This document shows positions 36,497 to 45,070 of a stretch of DNA of 64,000 nucleotides, in pieces (position 1 is the first letter of the stretch; each line of letters opens with the position of its first letter). The translations under genes were made by a program, and so were the position numbers. This DNA comes from Actinomycetales bacterium (GTDB lineage: Bacteria; Actinomycetota; Actinomycetes; Actinomycetales; CAVURS01). The stretch is from positions 62,001 to 126,000 of the forward strand of contig JBJMHS010000027.1 in assembly GCA_045807245.1 (NCBI GenBank), written 5' to 3'. Under the pieces are notes generated by a model. That model ran no database searches. It had not been told where the DNA came from and saw only the letters and a list, made by a program, of their open reading frames with translations.

Positions 36497-36506
36497 GGTT
36501 CCCGGT

Positions 36507-37100
36507 CTAGGGAGCGTCGGCGAAGGGGCGGCCGACCGTGAGCTGCTCGCGGGTCTCGTCGTCGAAACTCTGGGCGAGCTGATGGTCGGCGAGCGCGCCC
36601 GCGGCGTCGAGGACGGTCGCGAAGAAGGCGCGGGCGCTGACGGCGAAGATGACGTTGGCGACGTCGTCCTTGGTCAGCCCGTGGTCCAGCAGCGTCTGGA
36701 CGTCGTCTTCGGTGATGCCCGGGGCGTTGGTGGCGACCTTGGTCGCGAACGCGACGACCGCCTGGTCACCCGGGTCGAGGGTCTCGCCATGGGGGTCGGC
36801 GGCGACGGCGCGCATGGTGTCTTGGTCGCCGACGACCGTGCTCAGGAAGTGGGAGTGCGCGGCCAGGCAGTACGTGCAGCTGAGCGCTCGGGAGGCCGCG
36901 ATGGTGGCCAGCTCGAACAGCCGCCGATCCATGCCGCCGCGGATGGTCAAGTTGAGCCCGGTCCATGCGTGCGCGACGTCCGGCCGGCTGGAGAAGATGG
37001 GGGCGTAGTTGGGCAGGTAGCCCCAGGCCTTGCGCTGATGCTCGTACCAGCTGGCCAGGTCGCCGGTGGCGTCCTGCTCGTCGATGCTGTCGAGGAACAT
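36507..37100 (-). CDS. Carboxymuconolactone decarboxylase/AhpD-like peroxidase-related protein
   Basis: ATG at 37100 after GGAGGGAG. GYLPNY, ELATIAAS..CTYCLAAH (CxxC-H motif). Confidence 0.85.
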   Translation of the reverse strand: MFLDSIDEQDATGDLASWYEHQRKAWGYLPNYAPIFSSRPDVAHAWTGLNLTIRGGMDRRLFELATIAASRALSCTYCLAAHSHFLSTVVGDQDTMRAVAADPHGETLDPGDQAVVAFATKVATNAPGITEDDVQTLLDHGLTKDDVANVIFAVSARAFFATVLDAAGALADHQLAQSFDDETREQLTVGRPFADAP

Positions 37101-37251
37101 GTCGTGCGCGCTCCCTCCGCTGCGAGGGGTCGGCCGGACTGGCCGGCCGACGGACAACCTAGCGCCTGACCTGGGCATTTGGACCCGCTGGTAACTTGGG
37201 AGCCTGCCTCGGGTGTCGGTCCCGCGGCTCGCAGTCCACTCGGAGGTTGCC

Positions 37252-37368
37252 GTGAAGAAGTTGCTGATGCTCGCCATCGCCGGTGCCGGCGCGTTCGCCA
37301 TCTGGCGGAAGATGGAGTCCGACAAGGCCGAGCAGGACCTCTGGGCTCAGGCGACCGACTCGGTCTGA
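37252..37368 (+). CDS. DLW-39 family small protein (38 aa)
   Basis: RBS GGAGG; MKKLLMLAIAGAGAFAIWRKMESDKAEQDLWAQATDSV; conserved position before tRNA-Ala. Absent from the ORF track. Confidence 0.88.
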   Translation: MKKLLMLAIAGAGAFAIWRKMESDKAEQDLWAQATDSV

Positions 37369-37430
37369 GCTTCGTTTCTTATTTCTGTACGACGACCGGC
37401 CCCGCCTTTCGCTCAGGGCGGCCGAGTCGC

Positions 37431-37503
37431 GGGGCCGTGGCGCAACTGGCAGCGCACCTGCTTTGCAAGCAGGGGGTTACGGGTTCGAGTCCCGTCGGCT
37501 CCA
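37431..37503 (+). tRNA. tRNA-Ala(TGC)
   Basis: GGGGCCG/CGGCTCC acceptor stem with G3:U70, CCTGC-TTTGCAA-GCAGG, GGTTCGAGTCC. Confidence 0.97.
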
Positions 37504-37577
37504 CTTAATCGATCGAATTTGAGAAAGTTGGGGGCTAACACGCTCGAGAGTGCAATCGCGCCGCTACCCTCTGGCTT

Positions 37578-38897
37578 ATGACGGTGCAGGGCGAGACAGT
37601 TAAGAACCCGACAAAAGAGGCCCTGGCCGCGGACGTCGCGGCCGCGCTCGGTATCCCGGCGCCTCCGGTCTCAAGAGGATCCTCGGTGGCGAGCTCGTTC
37701 CTCAGCGCCATCAGTACGGCACGGGGAGGCCCTGACCTGCAGGGCCTTGATGCGTATCGAAAGACCGAGAGGGTGCTTCAGTTACTTGGCCTTGACTACG
37801 ACCCCTGGTGGGACACCAGTGAAAGTACGCCAACCGGCGGAAGCACGGTTACAAATCGAGCCTATTCACGCATTCGATCGGCGATCACAGAACGTCCTAG
37901 GTGTTTTATCTTGAATACAAGCAGCCCCACGCTGGGAATGAACGACCTCGCTCAAATGCAGCAAATATACACCTACAGCACTGCGTCGAACGGATACCAT
38001 GCGCTCAATGACGGCGGGCCCGGCTCGAGGGTGCTCTTCTACGCAACAGGTAGTTCTCCAGCCAAATCGCATTCATTTGTAGCGGCCGCAACGATTGACT
38101 ACATAAGGTCAGGTTGGACTGGCCCTTGGGAGGCTCGTCTCACAGGCTATCGGTTGCTCAGTCCGAATGTTCCACTGGATCAGGTGCAGATCGCCGGGTG
38201 GAATCAGCGCCACTCAATCGTCGAGATTACCGCGGAGACCTTCGACGCGATACTGGCCCGGGGATCCGTCCTGTCTGGGTTAGAGGCTTCGCCCTGGGAC
38301 GAACCGAACCTCTCAATGGGCCTGGCAGAGAGGGTTATCGAGTCCTTTCCATCTCCAACAGGGGGAGGAGCCTTCGTGGGACTTGCCGATCAGGTCCCCG
38401 ACATGCTGCCTCTGGGGGTGTTAACTCCTGCGCCCGTGTTCCAAACGGCCTATGAAGAGGAAGAAGAAGGCTGGAAAGGTATTGGAACTCAGGAGAAATC
38501 GAAATCGGGCGCTAAAAAGCGGCAACTCGACCGGCTGACCGAACAGCGAGCTGTTGAGCTAGTTAAGAATTTCTTGAGTGCAGACGATTGGGTGCTAGTC
38601 CGTGATAACCAGCTGGACGGAGTGGGCTTCGATCTGACGTTCTCAAAGGAGGAGCGTTCGCTGCACGTCGAGGTCAAAGGCATCAGGGCACCAACAATCG
38701 CCTTTAATATTACGCCAAAAGAATGGTGGCGGTGCTTGACGGATTCTGACTTTGTTGTTTTCGCGGTCACGGAAGTATTATCGCCCGCGAACTTCTACAT
38801 CCACATCCTTGGCCGCGATAAACTCGTCGCCCTTCCTAGACTGATCACTGGATACCGCCTCAGCACCGAGCCGACCTCCGAGATCTCGGATCTGTAA
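37578..38897 (+). CDS. Putative restriction endonuclease: N-terminal domain + PUA/EVE-like domain + DUF3883 PD-(D/E)xK nuclease
   Basis: C-terminal EQRAVE..GVGFDL..HVEVKG..ITPKEW. Middle GSRVLFY..FVAAATI..SIVEITAETFDAIL resembles EVE/PUA. Lower GC; sits beside an MTase and vsr. Confidence 0.7.
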   Translation: MTVQGETVKNPTKEALAADVAAALGIPAPPVSRGSSVASSFLSAISTARGGPDLQGLDAYRKTERVLQLLGLDYDPWWDTSESTPTGGSTVTNRAYSRIRSAITERPRCFILNTSSPTLGMNDLAQMQQIYTYSTASNGYHALNDGGPGSRVLFYATGSSPAKSHSFVAAATIDYIRSGWTGPWEARLTGYRLLSPNVPLDQVQIAGWNQRHSIVEITAETFDAILARGSVLSGLEASPWDEPNLSMGLAERVIESFPSPTGGGAFVGLADQVPDMLPLGVLTPAPVFQTAYEEEEEGWKGIGTQEKSKSGAKKRQLDRLTEQRAVELVKNFLSADDWVLVRDNQLDGVGFDLTFSKEERSLHVEVKGIRAPTIAFNITPKEWWRCLTDSDFVVFAVTEVLSPANFYIHILGRDKLVALPRLITGYRLSTEPTSEISDL

Positions 38898-39287
38898 ACT
38901 CACTCTGGCTACGTCTTTCGCGACGGTACACTCCCAGACCCGAATCACTCGCCATCCATGAGTCTTGGCAATGGACGTCGACCGCGCATCGCGCTCGTGG
39001 TTGCGCTCCAACTTGACTCGCCATAGTTCGGCATTGGGTCCCGTCCATGGGGTCTTGCGACCGTGCCGAGGGCATCCGTGCCAGAAACAGCCGTCGACGA
39101 AGATGGCGATCCTCCTACTTGGTAGGACGATGTCTGGCGTGCAGCCCTTCGCTAGCTGGCGATGGAGACGGAACCGAAGTCCCGCTGCGTGCAGCGCCTT
39201 CCGCAGCAGCAGTTCGGGTGCGGTGTCTTTCTTGCGTCGTCCGCTGAGATGCCGACCGGCCTGGGTGCTGACCCATTTCTCGACCAC
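38778..39287 (-). CDS. vsr: Very short patch repair endonuclease Vsr
   Basis: KDTAPELLLRKALHAAGLRFR, PDIV, FVDGCFWHGC, GWRVIRVWEC. Confidence 0.93.
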   Translation of the reverse strand: MVEKWVSTQAGRHLSGRRKKDTAPELLLRKALHAAGLRFRLHRQLAKGCTPDIVLPSRRIAIFVDGCFWHGCPRHGRKTPWTGPNAELWRVKLERNHERDARSTSIAKTHGWRVIRVWECTVAKDVARVSLQIRDLGGRLGAEAVSSDQSRKGDEFIAAKDVDVEVRGR

Positions 39288-39296
39288 ACCCCGAGG

Positions 39297-40709
39297 CTAG
39301 CCCGCGTCCTCGAGGTTGGAGGAGCTGGCCGCCGTCCCACGCGAACGGTTGATAATGGACCGCTCTTCATCAAAGTGGCGTTCGACGGCGGCGTCTGGGC
39401 TGACAGCCGACGCGGCCACGGATTTAAGTAGATCGGGAGCACGTTGGCCGACCGCCCCTTCGTTGGCCAGGATGTGCTCGCGTAGCACGTGGTAGGCGGC
39501 TCCAATGTTCACGCCGTTACCGAGTTGCTTGTACGTCGCCGCGCGTGGCTGGCCCTCAAAACTGAACCATTCCGGCAATCCCTGGAGGCGCGCCGCTTCG
39601 CGGGGCGTGATGCGACGCCGACGCCGCGGGTCGCCGAGGATGCTCGTCTGCGTGATGGCCACGAGTGCCGGCAGATAGGTCGGGCGCTTCGCACGGATCC
39701 CAGAGGGTCGAAGGTGCATGACCGTGCCGTCGAGTGACTCGGTACTTTGCGCCTGCCACTCGAACTTCCGGCGGGACGGTGGGAAGTCCCGCAGGTAGTC
39801 CCACCGGGCCAGCCACTTCTCGATCACCTCCGCGTTGCCCGCGTAGAACTGCGCGTTCTTGTAGAGGAAGTTGGCTTTCCAAGCCGGCGTGTGATGGTCG
39901 ACGTGCTCCAGGCCTGGTTCAACGAAGGCATCGACCCAGATGGGGAAACCCGGCATCTTGCTGACACCTGAGCGCCGCAGCGAGAGGACGAAGTCGTTCC
40001 ATGCGTCGACCCAACGGGACTCGTCCGCGGTGAGTTTGAGGCCGAGGTTCCTCGCGGCTTCTTTCTCGGACTCCAGCGGGAGGTGCTGCTCCAACGACCA
40101 GTTCTGTGGATCCCAGCCGTCCACCGGGTCATGCGTCACGGCAGGTTCGACATCTCTCTGAGCTGCCCGGGCTCCCACGTACGTACCGACGATGAAGACG
40201 CGGTCACGCACCTGTGGGCGCCCTCCCCGCTCAGGTGGCAGCAAGTGTGGGGAGAAGACGATCGGGTCGTAACTCACGCCGTAGCCGAGCTCGCGCAGCG
40301 AGCGGATGATCACCTCCCACTCGTGCCGATGGCGCGGCCCGGCGATGTTGCGAACGTTCTCCAGCAGCACGACGGTCGGCTTGCGCACGCGAAGGATCTC
40401 GCAGATGTTCCAGAACAGCGTCCCGCGCGCCTCGTCCATACCGCGCTGGAAGCCCGACTTCGAGAACGGTTGGCAAGGAAAGCCGGCAGCCAGAACGTCG
40501 TGCGTGGGTACTCGCATTCGCCCTTCGGTGTCATCGACGATGTCGCCGAAAGCGCCTATGCCCCAGTTCTTTTGGTAGATCGCAGCTGCGGCAGCATCCT
40601 TCTCAACCGCGTAGACACACTGGCCCCCGAGCGCGCTCAGGGCTGCATGGAAGCCGCCGATCCCGGCGAAGAGATCAACGAAGGTGAACGCACTTGCTTC
40701 CTGCTTCAT
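39297..40709 (-). CDS. dcm: DNA (cytosine-5)-methyltransferase, M.AluI-like
   Basis: Motif I FVDLFAGIGG, IV GFPCQPFS, VI ENV, VIII QVRDRVFI, IX-X PREAARLQG / YKQLGNGV. ATG at 40709. Confidence 0.93.
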   Translation of the reverse strand: MKQEASAFTFVDLFAGIGGFHAALSALGGQCVYAVEKDAAAAAIYQKNWGIGAFGDIVDDTEGRMRVPTHDVLAAGFPCQPFSKSGFQRGMDEARGTLFWNICEILRVRKPTVVLLENVRNIAGPRHRHEWEVIIRSLRELGYGVSYDPIVFSPHLLPPERGGRPQVRDRVFIVGTYVGARAAQRDVEPAVTHDPVDGWDPQNWSLEQHLPLESEKEAARNLGLKLTADESRWVDAWNDFVLSLRRSGVSKMPGFPIWVDAFVEPGLEHVDHHTPAWKANFLYKNAQFYAGNAEVIEKWLARWDYLRDFPPSRRKFEWQAQSTESLDGTVMHLRPSGIRAKRPTYLPALVAITQTSILGDPRRRRRITPREAARLQGLPEWFSFEGQPRAATYKQLGNGVNIGAAYHVLREHILANEGAVGQRAPDLLKSVAASAVSPDAAVERHFDEERSIINRSRGTAASSSNLEDAG

Positions 40710-40716
40710 GAATCGC

Positions 40717-40756
40717 AGCTTAGCTCGATTGTCAACTAGGTTCAAGCTTAGTTGAC
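40717..40756 (-). promoter_or_regulatory. Predicted leaderless promoter of the MTase, with three AGCT sites and an inverted repeat
   Basis: Minus strand TTGAAC-N17-TAAGCT-N7-ATG. AGCT at 40717, 40722 and 40745. GTCAACTA-N10-TAGTTGAC at 40731-40756. Confidence 0.65.
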
Positions 40757-40846
40757 GCGTGTTGGCGTGACGTCGCGGCATGAGCCCCTGCTCTCGCTAG
40801 CCGGATACGTGAGGACCAAGCCTGCCACTCGCCACTGACAGGGCGG

Positions 40847-41308
40847 TCAACCACTCGACTGTGCTGGCTGCGCCAACTTGGACATCCAGCGCTCGGGGTT
40901 GGGGATGTGCTCGAAGCCGAACTTGGTGTACAGCTCGTGGGCATCCCGCGTCGCCAGCACCACCCGCCCCATCGCCAACGGCTCGAGCGCCGCGACGACG
41001 CCGGCGATCAGAGCAGTCCCGACGCCCAGCCCCCGCGCAGACGAGTCGACGAACACGTCGCAGATCCAGGCGAACGTCGCTCGATCGGTGACCACCCGCG
41101 CGTACGCCACCTGTTCCCCGGTGCCTACGCGGTACACGCCGAAGTTCCACGACCCCTCGATCGCACGATCTTGCATCTCACGCGGCCGGCCGAGCGACCA
41201 GTACGCCTGCTCGCTGAGCCAGGAATGCACGAGAGCCCGGTCAATCCGTTCGACGTCGTCAGACAGCTCGAAACCAGGGGGCAGCGCGGGTAGAGGGGGC
41301 TGAGTCAC
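40847..41308 (-). CDS. GNAT family N-acetyltransferase
   Basis: AYWSLGR, YARVVTDRATFAWICDVFV, RGLGVG, DAHELYTKFGF; likely GTG start at 41308. Confidence 0.88.
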   Translation of the reverse strand: MTQPPLPALPPGFELSDDVERIDRALVHSWLSEQAYWSLGRPREMQDRAIEGSWNFGVYRVGTGEQVAYARVVTDRATFAWICDVFVDSSARGLGVGTALIAGVVAALEPLAMGRVVLATRDAHELYTKFGFEHIPNPERWMSKLAQPAQSSG

Positions 41309-41332
41309 TGCCTGAGCCTGCCAGATCCACCC

Positions 41333-41379
41333 TTGACGGCATGTCCTATCGATCGATAGCCTATCGATCGATAGGACAT
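41333..41379 (+). promoter_or_regulatory. Promoter overlapped by a 39-bp perfect palindrome (double operator)
   Basis: TTGACG-N18-TAGCCT; ATGTCCTATCGATCGATAG-C-CTATCGATCGATAGGACAT. Confidence 0.75.
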
Positions 41380-41405
41380 CTTGCAGGGGACCGAGAGGGA
41401 CCGAC

Positions 41406-42914
41406 ATGGCCTCGGCAATGACTCACCACCCCACACCCGAGCGGCCCACGGACCACAGCGACTCCGTCGTCAAGGTCGCGTTCGAGTCGATCGGCGTACA
41501 GCGCATCGCCGAGGCCGACCAGACCTCCACGCCATGGACGTTCTTCAACATCCTGGTCGGTGGCAACCTGGCGCTCGGTGTCGTCGTGTTCGGCTGGATC
41601 TCGATCACGCTCGGGCTCGGCACCGTCGACGCCCTGACGAGCATCGCCAGCGGCGTCGTTCTCGGCATCCCGCTGGTCTGGGTGCTGGTCGTCATCGGCT
41701 CGCGCACCGCTACCAACAACTCGACCGCCTCGGGCGCCCACTTCGGCGTCCGCGGTCGACTGGTGGGGAGCATCGTCGGGCTCGCCATCTCGCTCGCCTA
41801 CACCGCGATCGCGATCTGGTCCGGCGGTGACGCGACGGTCGCCGTACTGCATCGGATCTTCGGTACGCCGACCGGCAACGCTGCTCACGCCGTCGCCTAC
41901 ACCGCCCTGATCCTGGCCATCGGTCTGGTCGCCATCGTCGGCTTCCACCTGCTGGCGCGCGTCGAACGCTGGATGGTCGCCCTCGGGGCTGTCTCGTTGG
42001 CGCTCATGGTCGTCGGGTTTGTAACGCAGGTGCACTGGAGCTACCGCGGAGGCGACTACCTGCTGGGCGACCGGCTCTCCACCTGGGTGCTCTCGACCGT
42101 CGTGGTCGGCGTCTCCGGACCGCTGTCGATGGTCACGATCCTCGGTGACTGGTCGCGCTACGTCTCACCCGTTCGTTACCCCGCCCGCCGCATGCTTCCC
42201 GTCGCCTCGCTCGGGCTGCTCCTCTCGATCGCGGGACCGGCCGCGATCGGCGTACTCCTCTCGACCGCGTTCGCGGACCCGTTCGCCGACTTCGGCACCA
42301 GCCTGGCCACGCAGTCGCCGATGTGGCTCGCCGTCGCGCTGACCCCGTTCGTCACCGTCGGCACGGTCGGCTTCGGCGCCACCTCCATGTACTCGTGCGG
42401 GCTCGACCTCGACGCCATCGTCCCGAGCCTCAGTCGCGCGGGCGCAACCGCGCTGGTCTGCGGCGGCACGATCGCGCTCGTGTTCGTCGGCGCGTTCGCC
42501 CTGGACGCGAAGGACTCGATCGCCGCGATGTCGCTCGTCCTGGTCGTCCTGGCCACGCCCTGGGCCGCGGTCACGTCGGTGGGCTTCCTCCGAGCGCGCG
42601 GGCGATACCAGCTGGACGACCTGCAGGTGTTCAACCAGGGCGGTCGCGGCGGCGCGTACTGGTTCACCGCCGGCTTCAACCTGCGTGCCGTCCTCGCCTG
42701 GCTGGCGGGCGCCGGATTCGGTTGTCTGGCAATCGATTCCAGCCTCTACACCGGTCCGCTGGCCGGACTCGCCGGCGGCATCGACGTCAGCTTCCTCGGC
42801 TCTGCGGTCCTTTCGGTCGTGGTGTACGCCGCATGCCTGGCCATCTGGCCCGAGCGCAGCGCGGAGGCCGTCCTGGCGCCGACAGCCGTCAAAGCCGAGC
42901 GGGCGGCTGCATGA
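41406..42914 (+). CDS. Purine-cytosine permease (NCS1 family) transporter
   Basis: About 12 TM helices; SGAHFGVRGRLVGS, DWSRY, YWFTAGFNLRA. Confidence 0.85.
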   Translation: MASAMTHHPTPERPTDHSDSVVKVAFESIGVQRIAEADQTSTPWTFFNILVGGNLALGVVVFGWISITLGLGTVDALTSIASGVVLGIPLVWVLVVIGSRTATNNSTASGAHFGVRGRLVGSIVGLAISLAYTAIAIWSGGDATVAVLHRIFGTPTGNAAHAVAYTALILAIGLVAIVGFHLLARVERWMVALGAVSLALMVVGFVTQVHWSYRGGDYLLGDRLSTWVLSTVVVGVSGPLSMVTILGDWSRYVSPVRYPARRMLPVASLGLLLSIAGPAAIGVLLSTAFADPFADFGTSLATQSPMWLAVALTPFVTVGTVGFGATSMYSCGLDLDAIVPSLSRAGATALVCGGTIALVFVGAFALDAKDSIAAMSLVLVVLATPWAAVTSVGFLRARGRYQLDDLQVFNQGGRGGAYWFTAGFNLRAVLAWLAGAGFGCLAIDSSLYTGPLAGLAGGIDVSFLGSAVLSVVVYAACLAIWPERSAEAVLAPTAVKAERAAA

Positions 42915-43549
42915 TGGCGGTCATGGCCGTCGAGCGACCGACCGGAACGAGGGAGCGGATCCTGCACGAGGCGGCGGAGCTGTTCGCTGTGCGCGGGTAC
43001 GGCGCGACGTCAACGCGCGACATCGCTGATGCGGTGGGGATCCGGCAGCCCTCGCTGTTCCATCACTTCGCGAACAAGGCGGCGATCCTCACCGAGCTGC
43101 TCGACCGGAGCCTGGAGGACGCCGTACCGGTCGCTCGTCGGGCCGCGCGCGGATCCGGACCGTCCGGACAGCGGCTGTTCGACTACCTCGTCGCCGACTT
43201 CACCATGGTGCTCACGTCACCGTGGAACCTGTGCGGCGTGTACTCCGACGAGGTGCTGCGCGACCCGGAGTTCGCCGCGCAGGCCAAGCAGATCGGGGAG
43301 CTCGACGCGGCGATCCGGACGATGATCCGGCAGGGCGTGTCGAGCGGTGAGTTCGTGGAGGTCGACCCGGAGCTGACGCAGGCGATGATCGCGGGCCTGG
43401 AGATCGGCGTGATCAAGGCTCGGCCGACTCGCGCGCGGCAGCAGCCCGAGATCGCGTGCCGCGAGGCAGCCGCATTCGTCCTGCGCGGACTGCTCCGCGA
43501 TCCGACCCAGGCGGCGGTGCTCCCCACAGCCCGGTCCGAGGGTCGGTAA
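42911..43549 (+). CDS. TetR/AcrR family transcriptional regulator
   Basis: ATG at 42911 overlaps the permease stop; STRDIADAVGIRQPSLFHHF HTH. Confidence 0.9.
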   Translation: MMAVMAVERPTGTRERILHEAAELFAVRGYGATSTRDIADAVGIRQPSLFHHFANKAAILTELLDRSLEDAVPVARRAARGSGPSGQRLFDYLVADFTMVLTSPWNLCGVYSDEVLRDPEFAAQAKQIGELDAAIRTMIRQGVSSGEFVEVDPELTQAMIAGLEIGVIKARPTRARQQPEIACREAAAFVLRGLLRDPTQAAVLPTARSEGR

Positions 43550-43569
43550 GAGGGCCTCGTCACAGGGCG

Positions 43570-43599
43570 GCGGGGAGCACCGCGCGGGGAGGGGAGCAC
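43570..43599. repeat. Dispersed repeat, family B copy 1 (partial)
   Basis: GCGGGGAGCACCGCGCGGGGAGGGGAGCAC; 29/30 identical to 47261-47290. Confidence 0.75.
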
Positions 43600-43607
43600 G
43601 GCGGGTG

Positions 43608-45023
43608 TCAGCAGGGCGCGATCAGCAGGTCGGCGATCGCGGCGACGCCGGCCTCGATCGCCGGTTGCGGGGTATCGCCGAAGCCCAGGACCAGCTGCGG
43701 CCCGGCCGTCGTGGCCCGCCGCATGCCGGCCATCTCGTAGAGCCCGACCCCGCGGGCCGCCGCCGCCGCGACCACCTCACCCTCGTCGGCACTCTCGGGC
43801 AGGTGCAGTACGGCGTGGAAGCCCGCCGCCAGCCCGGTGACCGGCAGCCCCGGAGCGTGCCGCTCCAACGCCGACACCAACACCGTTCGCCGCGCGGCGT
43901 ACTCGGCCCGCGCCCGGCGCAGGTGCCGGTCGTACCGCCCGCTCTCCAGCAACAGAGCCAAGGCGAGCTGGTCCAGGCCCGGGCTGCCGCGATCGGCGAT
44001 CCGCTTCGCCGACCCGACAGCACCGACCAGCCGCTCCGGCAGCACCAGCCACCCGATCCGCAGCACCGGCGCGAGCGACTTCGACACGGTGCCCATCGAG
44101 ACGACGCAGTCCGGCGCCAGCCCCTGCAGCGAGCCGACCGGGTCGCGGTCGTAGCGGAACTCCGCGTCGTAGTCGTCCTCGAGGATCACGCCCCCGCATC
44201 GCCGCGCCCAGTCGACGAGCTGGAGCCGCCGCTCAGCAGCCAGCACGACCCCGGTGGGCCACTGATGAGCCGGCGTCACGAGCACCGCCCGGGCCCCCGA
44301 CCGCTCCAGCGCGGCCACGTCCAGACCCAGGTCGTCCACCGGCACGTGCACCAGCGACATCCCGGCCGCCGTCGCCTGCTCGCCGGTCGACGTACCCGCG
44401 CCCGGATCCTCCACCGCGAGTGACTCGACGCCTTCCGCCGCCAGCACCCGCAGGCACAGGCCGAGGGCCTGGGCCATCCCGGCGCAGACGGCGATGTGGT
44501 CGGCCGTTGCGGAGACGGCTCGCACCCGTCGCAGGTAGGCCGCGAGCACCTCGCGCAGGCGCCGCTCGCCGACCGGGTCGCCGTAGTCGAACGCCGCGTT
44601 CGGCGCCTCGCGACACACCTCGCGGATCGCCCAGGCCCAGTCCTCGCGGGGGGCCAGCCGCAGGTCGGGCACTCCGTGCCGGAAGTCCGCGACCGTACGG
44701 CGTTCAGCTGGCTTAGGTGCGGGTGGCGGGACCGGATCTTGACGCCGTACCGCGCCGGTCGCCACCCGGGTCGCCGAGCCGGCCCGGCTGGTGAGGTACC
44801 CCTCGGCCTGCAGCTGTTCGTAGCAGTCCTGCACCAGCCCGCGCGACAGGCCGAGGCCGCCGGCCAGCACCCGCGAGGAGGGCAGCCGCTCGTCGGCCGC
44901 GAGCCGGCCGCTGCGGATGGCGTCCCGCAGCTGGTCCTCGAGCTGGTTCCGCAGCCCTAGCCCGCTGTCCCGGTCGATCGTGAGCAGCAGTTCCGGGCCC
45001 AAACCGGCCCACTCGACAGCCAT
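43608..45023 (-). CDS. MocR/GabR-type GntR regulator with PLP-dependent aminotransferase domain
   Basis: RLPSSRVLA, YEQLQAEGYL, TPAHQWPTG, EDDYDAEFRY, SKSLAPVLRIGW. Confidence 0.92.
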   Translation of the reverse strand: MAVEWAGLGPELLLTIDRDSGLGLRNQLEDQLRDAIRSGRLAADERLPSSRVLAGGLGLSRGLVQDCYEQLQAEGYLTSRAGSATRVATGAVRRQDPVPPPAPKPAERRTVADFRHGVPDLRLAPREDWAWAIREVCREAPNAAFDYGDPVGERRLREVLAAYLRRVRAVSATADHIAVCAGMAQALGLCLRVLAAEGVESLAVEDPGAGTSTGEQATAAGMSLVHVPVDDLGLDVAALERSGARAVLVTPAHQWPTGVVLAAERRLQLVDWARRCGGVILEDDYDAEFRYDRDPVGSLQGLAPDCVVSMGTVSKSLAPVLRIGWLVLPERLVGAVGSAKRIADRGSPGLDQLALALLLESGRYDRHLRRARAEYAARRTVLVSALERHAPGLPVTGLAAGFHAVLHLPESADEGEVVAAAAARGVGLYEMAGMRRATTAGPQLVLGFGDTPQPAIEAGVAAIADLLIAPC

Positions 45024-45070
45024 GGAACTGGACCTTATCGCTGATCCACTTCGGACCTAGCGTCGTGGAC

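Noticed and set aside
40731..40756. GTCAACTA inverted repeat as an IS200/IS605 or IscB element end
   Set aside because: No tnpA, tnpB or iscB ORF and no room for a structured RNA. It is better explained as part of the MTase promoter.
32914..41000. Prophage or integrative element at tRNA-Ile or tRNA-Ala
   Set aside because: No integrase, no phage genes, and no duplicated tRNA 3' end found by eye.
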